A DNA stretch of 64,000 nucleotides from a virus, in the IMG/VR virus record IMGVR_UViG_3300027143_000001, positions 1 to 64,000 of that record. One strand, given 5' to 3'. The position numbers and the translations under genes are program-made. The first letter of the stretch is position 1. The number at the start of each line of letters is the position of its first letter. The notes under the pieces are model-generated. The model saw only the letters and a program-made list of their open reading frames with translations, was not told the DNA's origin and did no database searches. Positions 16,538 through 26,530 of the stretch are shown one piece after another.

Positions 16538-17319
16538 CAGAAAAGAAAACGGTGGTTGGAGCTGATATTCCACAACCAGAATTTGTGTTGCCCACTAAGA
16601 AAATCAAAGCTGTGTCACAGAATCCCAAGAACATGATCATTTTCAGTAAGCCCAAGGTGGGTAAGACCACATTGCTGGCCACGCTGGATGACTGTTTGAT
16701 CCTGGATTTGGAGAACGGCTCTGATTATGTGGATGCGATAAAGCTGAAAGCTCACAGTATCTCTGATATCGTGAAGATTGGTACGCTTATCATCTCACAA
16801 GGCAGACCTTACAAATACATTGCGGTAGATACCATCACCGCGCTGGAAGAAATGTGCATCCCGTATGCAGAGGAGTTGTACAGCAAGACTCCGATGGGTA
16901 AGAACTGGTTCACGGATGGTAAGACAAAGTATGGCTCGATCACTAACATGCCTAACGGTGCAGGTTACCCATATCTTCGCCAGGCGTTTGAGAAAATCAT
17001 TGCTTATATCAAGACGCTTGCTCCACATGTGATCTTGCTGGGTCACGTAAAAGACACGTTGCTGGAGAAAAACGGTACAGAGTTCAACGCACTTGACTTG
17101 CAACTTACCGGTCGCATCAAGAGCATTACGGCTGCGTATTCAGACGCCATCGGTTATCTGCACAGAAAGGGTGACAAGAACATCCTGAGTTTCAAAACAA
17201 CTGACGAAGTAAACTGCGGTGCCCGTCCTGAGCATCTGCGCAACAAAGAGATTGAGATCTCAACCATTGACAAAGACGGCAACATGACTGTTGACTGGAG
17301 TAAAATTTTCATAGACTAA
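16519..17319 (+). CDS. AAA_24/Sak4-like ATPase
   Basis: SKPKVGKTT, LDLENG, VDTIT, LLGH, DAIGY. Confidence 0.88.
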   Translation: MAESKVAEKKTVVGADIPQPEFVLPTKKIKAVSQNPKNMIIFSKPKVGKTTLLATLDDCLILDLENGSDYVDAIKLKAHSISDIVKIGTLIISQGRPYKYIAVDTITALEEMCIPYAEELYSKTPMGKNWFTDGKTKYGSITNMPNGAGYPYLRQAFEKIIAYIKTLAPHVILLGHVKDTLLEKNGTEFNALDLQLTGRIKSITAAYSDAIGYLHRKGDKNILSFKTTDEVNCGARPEHLRNKEIEISTIDKDGNMTVDWSKIFID

Positions 17320-17340
17320 AAATCATAATTAACAACGAGT

Positions 17341-18078
17341 ATGTTTAAAGCATCAAACTTCAACCCCAACGCGGGTTCTAATGTACCTAAAATCTTAACA
17401 CCAGGTACCCACTACTGTCGCATCATTGAGATGAAATTGGACACGCCTCCATATGATCCTCAGGCGTACAGCATCAACTTGCTTTTGGAAGGCACCGACC
17501 GTGGTGATGATTTCCAGGGTGTAGCTATTGACAAACACCGTCCGGAGTTAGGGACGTACCGTGGCCAAATTGCCAACGTGCGTTCAGGACGCTATCCTTT
17601 CTCAACCTATACCTACCAGGGTAAGGAAATTCAGCGCGACGAGCAGATCTTCCGTTGGGTAAACAACCTTGCCAAGCAGATGGGTATGTTGGAAAAGATG
17701 AATGCAGACGGTGTGCAGGCAGAGACCATTGAGGACTATGTATCTGCCGTTGCCAAGTATTTGACTGACCCTGAATTGTGGGCATACTTCACCGTTGGTG
17801 GCCAGGAGTATTTCACAGACGGGTATGACAAACCAAACTACCGCATGTTCTTCCCAAAGAACGAAGGCAAGTTGTTCCCATTCTCAGCATTGGAGAATGA
17901 CGACCGTCAGCCGCTGAACCTGTTACCATTTGACCGTGAGAAGCACATCATCGCAGACAAGAACCGTCCACAGGAGGGTGCTGTTGAAAGCGTGAGTGGC
18001 TTCGGTGGCCAAGCTGATCCACTTGGTGGATTAGGTTCTGCTCCTTCAGCAGGTCTTGGTGACTTACAGTTGCCATAA
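17341..18078 (+). CDS. putative ssDNA-binding protein
   Basis: PG.H..RI N-terminus, low-complexity tail ending DLQLP, position after Sak4-like gene. Confidence 0.6.
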   Translation: MFKASNFNPNAGSNVPKILTPGTHYCRIIEMKLDTPPYDPQAYSINLLLEGTDRGDDFQGVAIDKHRPELGTYRGQIANVRSGRYPFSTYTYQGKEIQRDEQIFRWVNNLAKQMGMLEKMNADGVQAETIEDYVSAVAKYLTDPELWAYFTVGGQEYFTDGYDKPNYRMFFPKNEGKLFPFSALENDDRQPLNLLPFDREKHIIADKNRPQEGAVESVSGFGGQADPLGGLGSAPSAGLGDLQLP

Positions 18079-18096
18079 TCAACTTAAGAATAACGT

Positions 18097-18126
18097 AAGG
18101 GGGAGGGTGAATGCTCTCCCCTTTTT
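18097..18126 (+). terminator. intrinsic terminator
   Basis: GGGGAGGG...CTCTCCCC followed by TTTTT. Confidence 0.75.
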
Positions 18127-18137
18127 ATTCTCATCAC

Positions 18138-19163
18138 ATGTTCTCAAGTAAAAGCTTTATAGATGATGTGCATGCTGTGCCTGCGCACTGGATCTTTGAG
18201 ACCTACCTGGGTCTTGAACCGCTAAGCGGCCAGCGTGTACGTATTCATAGCATGTTCAACCTTGCTGACAAAACCCCGTCCATGTTTATCTACTACAACA
18301 AGGACGCAGAAGCGTATCGCTACAAATGTTTCTCTACCGGTAAAGGTGGTAGTGCCATCGATTTGATGATGCATATGTGGAGCATGAACTTTGCCCAGGC
18401 AGCAGAGCGTATCATGACCGACTACAGCCACTATATCAAAACGGGACGACGCTGTGACACGCGCATCATTGAACATGCCAGCTGGAAGGTTGCTGATTTC
18501 ACAGAACGTAGCTGGACAACAGCTGATGCAGAGTTCTGGAGCCCGTACAATATCTCCAGTCAGTTGCTGGAGCGCTATAACGTACGTCCACTGGAACGAT
18601 ATGTCATGAGCAAAACCATGGATGATGGTATCCAGGTACAGGAGTTTGTGGTAACCAACCGCAACATCTATGGTTACTTCACCGCAGACGGTGTGCTGTA
18701 CAAGATTTATCAGCCTAAGAACAGAGAGCGCAAGTTCATCAAGATCTGTGATTACCTGCAAGGTGAAGACCAGTTGCAGGGTCACCGTTACCTGGTGATT
18801 GCCTCCGGTCTTAAAGACTGCATGAGTTTGCAAAGCCTGCCGCTGCTCAAAGTGGACGTAATCGCCCCTGACTCTGAGAACACAATGATTTCAGAGGATA
18901 GGATCCTGGAGTTCAAAGAACGTTACAGTGCAGTGGTGACCATGCTTGATTCTGATCAGGCGGGTATTACCAGCATGCATAAATACAAAGAACTCTACGG
19001 CCTTCCTTATGTATACCTGCCTAAGGAAAAGGATGTGAGCGATATCATCAAAGTGCACGGTGCACGCAACGCGCTGCACTATATTGTCCCTATACTGGAC
19101 CGTGCGGTAAATAGTTATCAAGGTTTACAAAATAATTTTGTAGACCAGGAACACACATTGTAG
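18138..19163 (+). CDS. DNA primase
   Basis: N-terminal DKTPS...YKCFSTGKGG; TOPRIM KD.M, DSDQAG, KDVSD; ATG 18138. Confidence 0.88.
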   Translation: MFSSKSFIDDVHAVPAHWIFETYLGLEPLSGQRVRIHSMFNLADKTPSMFIYYNKDAEAYRYKCFSTGKGGSAIDLMMHMWSMNFAQAAERIMTDYSHYIKTGRRCDTRIIEHASWKVADFTERSWTTADAEFWSPYNISSQLLERYNVRPLERYVMSKTMDDGIQVQEFVVTNRNIYGYFTADGVLYKIYQPKNRERKFIKICDYLQGEDQLQGHRYLVIASGLKDCMSLQSLPLLKVDVIAPDSENTMISEDRILEFKERYSAVVTMLDSDQAGITSMHKYKELYGLPYVYLPKEKDVSDIIKVHGARNALHYIVPILDRAVNSYQGLQNNFVDQEHTL

Positions 19164-19180
19164 AGGTTGATTATATTTGT
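19137..19180 (+). promoter_or_regulatory. promoter with tandem TTGTAGA motifs
   Basis: TTGTAGAC 19138, TTGTAGAG 19158, TATATTTG 19172-19179. Confidence 0.55.
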
Positions 19181-19195
19181 ACACGCTTATCCCCT

Positions 19196-19648
19196 ATGAA
19201 CAACTGGATTTATGTACCCTCTGGTGATGAGATTACCAAGGTGCACCAACTGCCTAATCATGAAGCCACTGTTGGCTTTGTCTACAAAATTACTAACCTG
19301 AAAACAGGTAAGTTCTACATAGGCCAGAAGAGCCTATACCATTCACGCAAGAAAAAGATATCTGCCACTGAGAAGCGTCTCACCGGAACCCGCAAAAAGT
19401 TCCGCATAGAGATCAAAGAATCAGACTGGTTGCTGTATCACGGGTCCTCCAAGGATCTCAGTGAAGACATCAGTAAGCTGGGCAATAAGTATTTCAAGCG
19501 TGAAATCCTGGAGCTGTGTTGCTCCAAAAAATATCTGTCCTACTGCGAGCTCAGTTGGCAGGTCAAGCTTGACGTCTTGAAAAAAGAAAGCTACAACGGT
19601 AACATCCTGGGCCGTTACTTCAACCGGGATATGGAAAACTGCAATTAA
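19196..19648 (+). CDS. GIY-YIG nuclease family protein
   Basis: GFVYKIT...FYIGQK...Y.GSS...REIL...E...YN. Confidence 0.88.
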   Translation: MNNWIYVPSGDEITKVHQLPNHEATVGFVYKITNLKTGKFYIGQKSLYHSRKKKISATEKRLTGTRKKFRIEIKESDWLLYHGSSKDLSEDISKLGNKYFKREILELCCSKKYLSYCELSWQVKLDVLKKESYNGNILGRYFNRDMENCN

Positions 19649-19650
19649 CT

Positions 19651-20706
19651 ATGGCATCATCGCTAACCAAGTCCTTTGTAGCGCCACCTCCTGTGAGCGA
19701 GCGCTATCAGAAAGAAGATGAGTTCTTCAATAAGCCATTCCTGATGTCTTACTCTGGACTCAACAGACTACTATACAGCCCTGCGCTGTTTTACCAGCAC
19801 TATGTGCTGAAGCAACGAGATGATACCACCGACCAGAATATGATTGAGGGTAGCCTCATTCACTGTCTGCTCCTTCATCCTGACAATTTTGACAACCAGT
19901 TTGTGTTGTCTGTACAAGATCCACCCAGCGATAATCCACGCAAGGTTCTTGACACCTTGCTTGTACATCATAAAGAACTTAAGGCACATGGTGACACGCG
20001 CATTGAACTTTCTGAGTTTGGTGACGCCATCCTGGACATCCTGCGTGACATGAACTTGTATCAGTCTTTGAAAACAGATGCACAGCGCCTGGAGAAAATG
20101 ATCACACCAAGACATGACGAGTACTGGAAGTATCTTACAACCATGGAAGGCAAGATCGTTGTAGGCCAGGAGACCTATGAGTTCTGTAAAGCCGTGGTAG
20201 AAAAGATCACCGCCAATCCTACAGTGATGGACCGCATGGGTTACTTTGGTGACAGCTTCAACGGCATTACCAAAGAGAACGAGAAGGAAATCATCAGCTT
20301 TCCTGAAGGTTTGCCTTTTGGCTTGCGTGGTTTTGTTGACAACCTGGTGTTTGATCCGCAGAACAAAGTCATCCGCGTCAACGACGTAAAAAAGACCAGC
20401 AAGGATCTCAACAGTTTTTCTGACAGCATTGAATACTTCCGCTACTGGTTACAGGCAGCAATGTACGCAATGCTTGTAGAAGACCAGTACTTGTCCAAGC
20501 CGGAGTATACAGGGTGGAGCGTTGAGTTCAGGTTTATCGTCATTGACCCTTACATGCAAATCGCGCCTGTTAAAGTGAGCGAAGAAAAGTTGAACCAATG
20601 GATCAGTGATACCAAGGAGAAGTTGAATGAAGCTGCTTACCATTTCAGTAAGCGTGACTTTAGCTTACCCTTCCAGTACCTGATTCATGAAGAGGTAACA
20701 CTATGA
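19651..20706 (+). CDS. PD-(D/E)XK exonuclease (RecE-like)
   Basis: SYS.L, GS.IH..LL, E, G.VD, NDVK, Y.LQAAMY. Confidence 0.88.
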   Translation: MASSLTKSFVAPPPVSERYQKEDEFFNKPFLMSYSGLNRLLYSPALFYQHYVLKQRDDTTDQNMIEGSLIHCLLLHPDNFDNQFVLSVQDPPSDNPRKVLDTLLVHHKELKAHGDTRIELSEFGDAILDILRDMNLYQSLKTDAQRLEKMITPRHDEYWKYLTTMEGKIVVGQETYEFCKAVVEKITANPTVMDRMGYFGDSFNGITKENEKEIISFPEGLPFGLRGFVDNLVFDPQNKVIRVNDVKKTSKDLNSFSDSIEYFRYWLQAAMYAMLVEDQYLSKPEYTGWSVEFRFIVIDPYMQIAPVKVSEEKLNQWISDTKEKLNEAAYHFSKRDFSLPFQYLIHEEVTL

Positions 20707-21254
20707 TATCTGAGATCTATAGAAAGTATTTTCAAAAGTCCTACACATTTTTGTACCCGCTACTTGGATTCCACAAAACTAAGCACCCCAAGCCTGACCA
20801 AACCTTTGTGTCATGGACTGGGGTGTTTGGCACTGGTGATCGCAAGTTGATCTGCGTATTTGAAAAAGAGGACACGGATGCATGGCGCAAGTTTGAAAGT
20901 GAGGTATTGATTACCCACAAGTTCCTTGACCACTGCACACCCATTGATGACAAGAATATTGCATATGTGTTTGACTTAAACAGCATTGCAGAAGATTACG
21001 ACAACTTCATAAAAGGCAAGTACTCTCGCATGAGCGCAGAGGCCAAGAAGATACTTACTGACTATTATGGTGTACACACTCCAGAGTGGGTGTACATCGA
21101 GAGCTTCCTGTTTCCAGAGAAGTACTACAAACAATACGCTGACATACTGGCCATCGAGGAAGAACTCCTCCGTGAAGTGGGTGAGCTTTGTGAGATGTAC
21201 GACCCTGTACAGGAAGACTATGCTAACTCTGAATTAATAACCAACAATCCTTAA
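20703..21254 (+). CDS. hypothetical protein
   Basis: ATGA-coupled; KS..FLYPLL, F..GKYS. Confidence 0.8.
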   Translation: MISEIYRKYFQKSYTFLYPLLGFHKTKHPKPDQTFVSWTGVFGTGDRKLICVFEKEDTDAWRKFESEVLITHKFLDHCTPIDDKNIAYVFDLNSIAEDYDNFIKGKYSRMSAEAKKILTDYYGVHTPEWVYIESFLFPEKYYKQYADILAIEEELLREVGELCEMYDPVQEDYANSELITNNP

Positions 21255-21259
21255 CAGCT

Positions 21260-21661
21260 ATGCAAAACATGCTTGCTTACAGTACCGACTGGTACGGACA
21301 CAAGACGTTCCGTCTTATGCCAATCACTAACGACTGCCCATTTGTAGAGGCAATCTATGACCCATCTACTAAGGTGCTTGCCATCATTGGTAAGACCAAC
21401 GTGGAAAAACCACTGATGCTCCCTAAGCTAAACGACAAGGGGCAAACCATGCCTATCAAAGGTGCTGAGCCCGGACGCGTAGTAGAAGAGCGTCGCATCA
21501 TGAACACGTTCACAGAGTACTACATGGACAACATGGGTGATATCACCTCGTTCATTGAGCGCTTTGTAGTAAACAAAGATGCTGAAGTAATCAGTGAAAC
21601 ATTGTTTCCAAGTCCTCAACAAGCCGTAGAGTCTATCCAGCAACCTGAACAAGCGCAGTAA
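21260..21661 (+). CDS. hypothetical protein
   Basis: ATG ORF immediately upstream of PolB. Confidence 0.8.
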   Translation: MQNMLAYSTDWYGHKTFRLMPITNDCPFVEAIYDPSTKVLAIIGKTNVEKPLMLPKLNDKGQTMPIKGAEPGRVVEERRIMNTFTEYYMDNMGDITSFIERFVVNKDAEVISETLFPSPQQAVESIQQPEQAQ

Positions 21662-21663
21662 TT

Positions 21664-23643
21664 ATGAGACAGCGAAAGTTCTGGGTAATGGACTATGAGA
21701 CCATTGTCAATTCTTTCATCGCTGTGTTTGAGGATGTCTTCAGTGAGGAGCGTAAAGTCTTTGTGGTAGGCCCCTATCAGAATGATATGCGCTCCTTCAC
21801 GGAGTTCCTCATTGAATCACGCGTGAGTGGAGACTGGCACTTTGGTTTCAACAACCTTGCGTTTGACGCGCAGATAACGGAATACATACTGGCAAACCAG
21901 GAAATGTTCTGCCGCAAAGATATAGATGCGGATACATATACGACGGTGATATACCAGTACGCTCAATCTGTCATTGAGAAATCCAGAAACGGTGAGTTCC
22001 TCGACTACCCAGAATTCAAACTGTCCATACCCTGTGTGGATATCTTTAAGCTTAACCACTGGGACAACCGCGCCAAGAGCAGCAGTCTGAAGTGGATACA
22101 GTTCTCTATGGACTGGCACAATGTGGAGGAGATGCCTCATCCACACTATGAAGTTGTCCGCGATCTTAGGACAACTGAAATGATTGTCAGCTATTGTATC
22201 AATGACGTGCAAAGCACCAAGTCGATCTTCAACAGGACCAGCCCCAAGGGTGAGAAGGTCATGTTCTCCCAGATCAACCTGCGTGCAGAGCTCAGCAAAC
22301 GATACAACATCAAGCTGTACAGTGCATCTGAGCCACGGATATCCAAGGAGATCTTCCTGTATTTCCTAAGCGATAAGCTTGGAAAAGACAAGAAAGTGAT
22401 ACGCAACATGCGCACCCACCGTGACCAGGTGGTGGTTCGTGACATCCTGCTACCCTATATCAAGTTTGAGACACCCGAATTCATCGCGGTGCACAACTGG
22501 TTCAAAGCCCTTACCATTGACACTACGGTGGACATGGATGAGCTGGAGAAGAAGAAGGGTCCCAAGTACAGGATGAACTACCGCAAGGTCCCCACCGATT
22601 ACGCACTGGGTGGTCTGCATGGTTGTATTGCATCAGGCATATATGAAGCAAAAGATGGTAAAAAGATCATGTCTGCGGACGTAACCAGCTTCTATCCTAA
22701 CCTGGCCATCAGAAACAAATGGTCGCCAGCACATCTGCCTAAGCATGAATTCTGTGAACTGTATGAATGGTTCTTTGAGGAACGTAAAAAGTATGACAAG
22801 AAAGATCCGCTCAACTACCTGTTCAAGATTATCCTGAACGCCACCTACGGCCTGAGCAAGGACAAGCACTCGTTTTTGTATGACCCGGAGTTTACCTTCC
22901 GCATTACCATCAACGGTCAGCTCCTGCTCAGCATGCTCTATGAGATGCTTGCCACCCGGATACCTGGGGCGCAACCGCTCATGCAAAACACCGATGGTTT
23001 GGAGTTCATGATAGATGAGGAACACGAGGAGCTGTTCTATCAAATATGCAGGGAGTGGGAAACCATGACCAACCTGCAACTGGAGACAGTCGAATACAGC
23101 AAGATGATCATTGGCGATGTCAACAACTACATTGCTGTATTCAAAGATGGCAAGACCAAGTGCAAGGGTCGCTTTGAGTTTGATGAGCTCGCCCTGCATA
23201 AAAACAAAAGCATGCTTATCATTCCCAAAGCGTGGTATGCATACTTCATACACGGCACAGATCCCAAAGAGTTTGTACAAAACAACAGGGACATTCATGA
23301 CTACTGTGCAGGTGCTAAACTAAAAGGCGACTGGTTCTTCATACGTCAGTTTGTGGAAGACGGTCTGTATAAGGAGGAGACACTCAAGAAACTGGTGCGC
23401 TACTACAACTCCCGCAAGGGATCCAAATTGCTGAAAGCCAACCCTGACGGTCGGTCTATGCAGTTGGAAAGTGGCAGCATACACCAGACCATTTTCAACA
23501 AGTTTCAGGAGAAAACCTGGGAGGAGTATGATGTGGATGAGAAGTACTACCTGGACAAGATCTATGACGAGATCGCCAAGATAGAAAAACAAGCATCTGT
23601 GTTACCCGCACATTTAGTAAATCAACAATTAAGTCTGTTTTAA
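21664..23643 (+). CDS. family B DNA polymerase
   Basis: Exo DYE, GFNN..FD, YCINDV; pol motifs DVTSFYPN, KIILNATYG, NTDG, DVNNY. Confidence 0.95.
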   Translation: MRQRKFWVMDYETIVNSFIAVFEDVFSEERKVFVVGPYQNDMRSFTEFLIESRVSGDWHFGFNNLAFDAQITEYILANQEMFCRKDIDADTYTTVIYQYAQSVIEKSRNGEFLDYPEFKLSIPCVDIFKLNHWDNRAKSSSLKWIQFSMDWHNVEEMPHPHYEVVRDLRTTEMIVSYCINDVQSTKSIFNRTSPKGEKVMFSQINLRAELSKRYNIKLYSASEPRISKEIFLYFLSDKLGKDKKVIRNMRTHRDQVVVRDILLPYIKFETPEFIAVHNWFKALTIDTTVDMDELEKKKGPKYRMNYRKVPTDYALGGLHGCIASGIYEAKDGKKIMSADVTSFYPNLAIRNKWSPAHLPKHEFCELYEWFFEERKKYDKKDPLNYLFKIILNATYGLSKDKHSFLYDPEFTFRITINGQLLLSMLYEMLATRIPGAQPLMQNTDGLEFMIDEEHEELFYQICREWETMTNLQLETVEYSKMIIGDVNNYIAVFKDGKTKCKGRFEFDELALHKNKSMLIIPKAWYAYFIHGTDPKEFVQNNRDIHDYCAGAKLKGDWFFIRQFVEDGLYKEETLKKLVRYYNSRKGSKLLKANPDGRSMQLESGSIHQTIFNKFQEKTWEEYDVDEKYYLDKIYDEIAKIEKQASVLPAHLVNQQLSLF

Positions 23644-23647
23644 CATT

Positions 23648-24457
23648 ATGAAAAGGACAATCAAAGGCATGCCAGCGTATGCTACCATCATAGGCGCTCC
23701 GCTGCCTGAGCGTACAAAATCTTATACACCCATATCTCACACACAGGTTATCAACCGTGTGAGAAGCGAGATCACCAACGCTGGGTTTGTCATTACTGGT
23801 GAAGACTATCGTTGTTCCAACAACGGTGACATTGCTACTGGTTCATTCCGCATCAACTACAAAGAAGACATGGATATTGAACTGGCGGCCAACTTTATGA
23901 ATTCTTACAACAAGCAGTATGCCTTCAGGTTCAACCTGGGCGGCATGGTGAAGGTCTGTATGAACGGCATGATGATTAACAACAGCAAGTTCGGTGCGTA
24001 CCGCAGGGTGCACACCGGCACTGCTGATGTGTTGGCTGAAGGCCACATCGCGGAGTACATCCGCCAATCTGACGAATACTGGCGTACCCTGGTGCGTCAC
24101 AAGGACAACATGCGTGATCGCAACTTGACCAGGACAGACCGTCATCACATCCTGGGTACACTCTTCTTTGAAGAAAATGTACTCAACGGGATGCAGATGG
24201 GTATTGTCAAGAGTGAGATGAACAAACCCAGCTTTGATTACAAAGTAGACCCTGAGTCTGCATGGGCACTGTACAACCACATTACTTTGGCACTAAAAGA
24301 AGGTCACCCTGCTGACTGGATGAATGACCAGGGCAAAGTACACCAGGTGTTTGACAACCTCTTATACCTGGAGCCTAAGACTGCGGTTCTGCCTACAGGC
24401 GAATCACTATTGCTGATCCCAAGAGTTGAAGAACTGGCGGCTGAAGCTGGATTTTAA
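23648..24457 (+). CDS. DUF932-like protein
   Basis: Y.PISH, NSY.K, G..V.VC.NGM, HTG, W.LYN..T..LK. Confidence 0.75.
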   Translation: MKRTIKGMPAYATIIGAPLPERTKSYTPISHTQVINRVRSEITNAGFVITGEDYRCSNNGDIATGSFRINYKEDMDIELAANFMNSYNKQYAFRFNLGGMVKVCMNGMMINNSKFGAYRRVHTGTADVLAEGHIAEYIRQSDEYWRTLVRHKDNMRDRNLTRTDRHHILGTLFFEENVLNGMQMGIVKSEMNKPSFDYKVDPESAWALYNHITLALKEGHPADWMNDQGKVHQVFDNLLYLEPKTAVLPTGESLLLIPRVEELAAEAGF

Positions 24458-24466
24458 ATACAAATC

Positions 24467-24512
24467 AGAGATGCCGGTTACAGATGGTTACAATTTGTAA
24501 CCGGTTGTCTCT
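24467..24512. repeat. nested inverted repeat with GGTTACA/TGTAACC core
   Basis: CCGGTTACA (24474-24482) or GGTTACA (24486-24492) can pair with TGTAACC(GG) (24496-24504); outer AGAGA/TCTCT. Confidence 0.7.
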
Positions 24513-24525
24513 TTATCTACTACCT

Positions 24526-24684
24526 ATGAAAGAAGACGTAATCTATGAGGAGTTCTGCAAGGTAGCAGAGCGACCCTCCCGCACCAACAAAGTGTACTTA
24601 CTTATGCGATACCTCAGGCTGAAGTATCGCATTACGATTGACAAATACAGCCTGGTTAAACGCATTAAGACTTACAACAAATGA
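24526..24684 (+). CDS. small basic hypothetical protein
   Basis: ATG 24526; ATGA overlap with kinase gene. Confidence 0.6.
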   Translation: MKEDVIYEEFCKVAERPSRTNKVYLLMRYLRLKYRITIDKYSLVKRIKTYNK

Positions 24685-25472
24685 ACACCAACCTCATTGG
24701 CATCTCTGGCAAAATTGGCAGTGGTAAGGATACCGTTGCCCGCATCATACAGTACCTCAGTTTAGAACCTGAGATATACAGTATGACCAACGGTGATATT
24801 ATCGCTGACCTTGAGCACAACGGCTATGTAGCACGTGGCTCTCATTACAAAATCAAAAAGTTTGCAGGTAAGCTTAAGCAAACTGCTTCTTTATTGACTG
24901 GCATTCCTGTAGAAAAGTTTGAAGACCAGGAGTTCAAGAAAGAATACCTGGGCCCTGAATGGAACTACTACACCGTTTCTCTTATCATGAACGGTCAACT
25001 CATACAACAGTCCGGTCGCTTTGTGAAAAAAGAAGAAGCAGAAGCAGCTGTTGCTATCATGAAAGAATCTTTTGGTACATTGAATATCGAGTATGTGGTT
25101 GGTATGCAGCGGATGACAGTGCGCCAACTGTTGCAGGAACTGGGTACAGAAGCCATGCGCAAAGGATTGCACGAGAACGTGTGGGTTAATGCACTGATGG
25201 CAGACTACAGGTTTCCTAAACTGTCACAGTATAACCCCAGCTATTGGATCGTTACAGACGTGCGTTTTCCCAACGAAGCTGAAGCAATCAAAAATCATAA
25301 CGGATTACTATTGCGCATAGATCGTCCTGAACGTAAACAAGATGATCATCCTTCTGAGACAGCTCTTGATGATTATCCATTCACACACGTAATCGTCAAC
25401 GACGGTGACCTGAACGACCTGATCAACAAGGTCAGAAAACTAACGACAGAACTTAACATCATTGAACAATGA
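24681..25472 (+). CDS. deoxynucleoside monophosphate kinase (T4 gp1-like)
   Basis: GISGKIGSGKDT, FA..LK, RQLLQELGTE, VTDVRFPNE, H.SE. Confidence 0.92.
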   Translation: MNTNLIGISGKIGSGKDTVARIIQYLSLEPEIYSMTNGDIIADLEHNGYVARGSHYKIKKFAGKLKQTASLLTGIPVEKFEDQEFKKEYLGPEWNYYTVSLIMNGQLIQQSGRFVKKEEAEAAVAIMKESFGTLNIEYVVGMQRMTVRQLLQELGTEAMRKGLHENVWVNALMADYRFPKLSQYNPSYWIVTDVRFPNEAEAIKNHNGLLLRIDRPERKQDDHPSETALDDYPFTHVIVNDGDLNDLINKVRKLTTELNIIEQ

Positions 25473-25795
25473 GACATTACATTTTAGATACCACTGATGA
25501 CAGCATCAAGTATTACGTAGACGAACTTATTGATGACCAGACAGGCTTGGACGTATGTCGCCTAAGTTACAGCAACAGCAACGACTGGAGCGAACATGTC
25601 AGAGGTCTGACCATTCTGACAGTGACCAATGACGGTAACGGGTTCAAGATCAAATGGGAGGAAAAGCCTAAGAAGAACTACCTGGATTACAGCCAGATGC
25701 GTGAACTTCAACTGGTGCTTTCCTTTATACAGCACATAGATCCTGTTGACAACAACGTCATGATTCTGAAGCACGAGGAACTGACACGTCTATGA
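25469..25795 (+). CDS. hypothetical protein
   Basis: ATGA-coupled last gene of + block. Confidence 0.75.
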   Translation: MRHYILDTTDDSIKYYVDELIDDQTGLDVCRLSYSNSNDWSEHVRGLTILTVTNDGNGFKIKWEEKPKKNYLDYSQMRELQLVLSFIQHIDPVDNNVMILKHEELTRL

Positions 25796-25800
25796 ACACA

Positions 25801-25870
25801 AAGCCCCCACCGTTGTGAGGGCCTTGCGGAAGAAACCAACTATAAATAAACTACTGAAGTAGTCTTTTTT
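25801..25870. terminator. possible terminator(s) between convergent units
   Basis: Imperfect GCCC..GGGC stem and ACTAC-TGAA-GTAGT followed by T run. Confidence 0.35.
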
Positions 25871-26526
25871 TAAATGCTTTTGAGCATCTCTACCATCTTA
25901 GGATGAGGATAGATGTCTATCTTATCTTTTCTGACAGAGTTGTGGGTAAACACTCCTGCCTCTCCTTTGAGAGCGCGGGGTGTTACGTCCCATATGTCCT
26001 CATCATAAGTCAGAGGTATGCCGTATTTGTTTTTCCACAACAACAACAGTTGCTTTACAGATTCAATCTGTTTATCCGTGTAGTTGTGAAAGTACTTATT
26101 TCCTTTGTATGGAGTAGCTAATTCACATACCTCATCCGCAGGAACTTCCTTACCTACATAGTTATAAAATTTACCTTTCTTAAGTGTAAGCTGTCCCCAG
26201 TTGCAAATCTCTATGCCAATGCTGATTTTGTCCAATGCTTTATACGGCACCTTGTAGTCTTTGAATACTTGTTCCTTGACGCCCAGGTGGTACGCCCAGA
26301 ACTTAGAAGGAAAGCCTTGCACGATTTGACCGTCCAGTTCAGGTTTACCCTTGAGTTTACCAGTGATGGTAACGCAGGTTGCGATACGTTCAGGATTGTT
26401 AGCCCAGCTTTTAAACACCGCTTCACCATCTGCATTGCCTGCCGTGTGGTGAATATAGATCTGGCGCTTAGGATGTTCCTCCTGCAAATACTGCGTGGCA
26501 GGGAATTCAACTTGTTTGAGGTTCAT
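25870..26526 (-). CDS. endolysin, N-acetylmuramoyl-L-alanine amidase (Amidase_2)
   Basis: IHHTAG, WAYHLG, SIGIEICN, FTH, K.D..P. Confidence 0.9.
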   Translation of the reverse strand: MNLKQVEFPATQYLQEEHPKRQIYIHHTAGNADGEAVFKSWANNPERIATCVTITGKLKGKPELDGQIVQGFPSKFWAYHLGVKEQVFKDYKVPYKALDKISIGIEICNWGQLTLKKGKFYNYVGKEVPADEVCELATPYKGNKYFHNYTDKQIESVKQLLLLWKNKYGIPLTYDEDIWDVTPRALKGEAGVFTHNSVRKDKIDIYPHPKMVEMLKSI

Positions 26527-26530
26527 AGGG

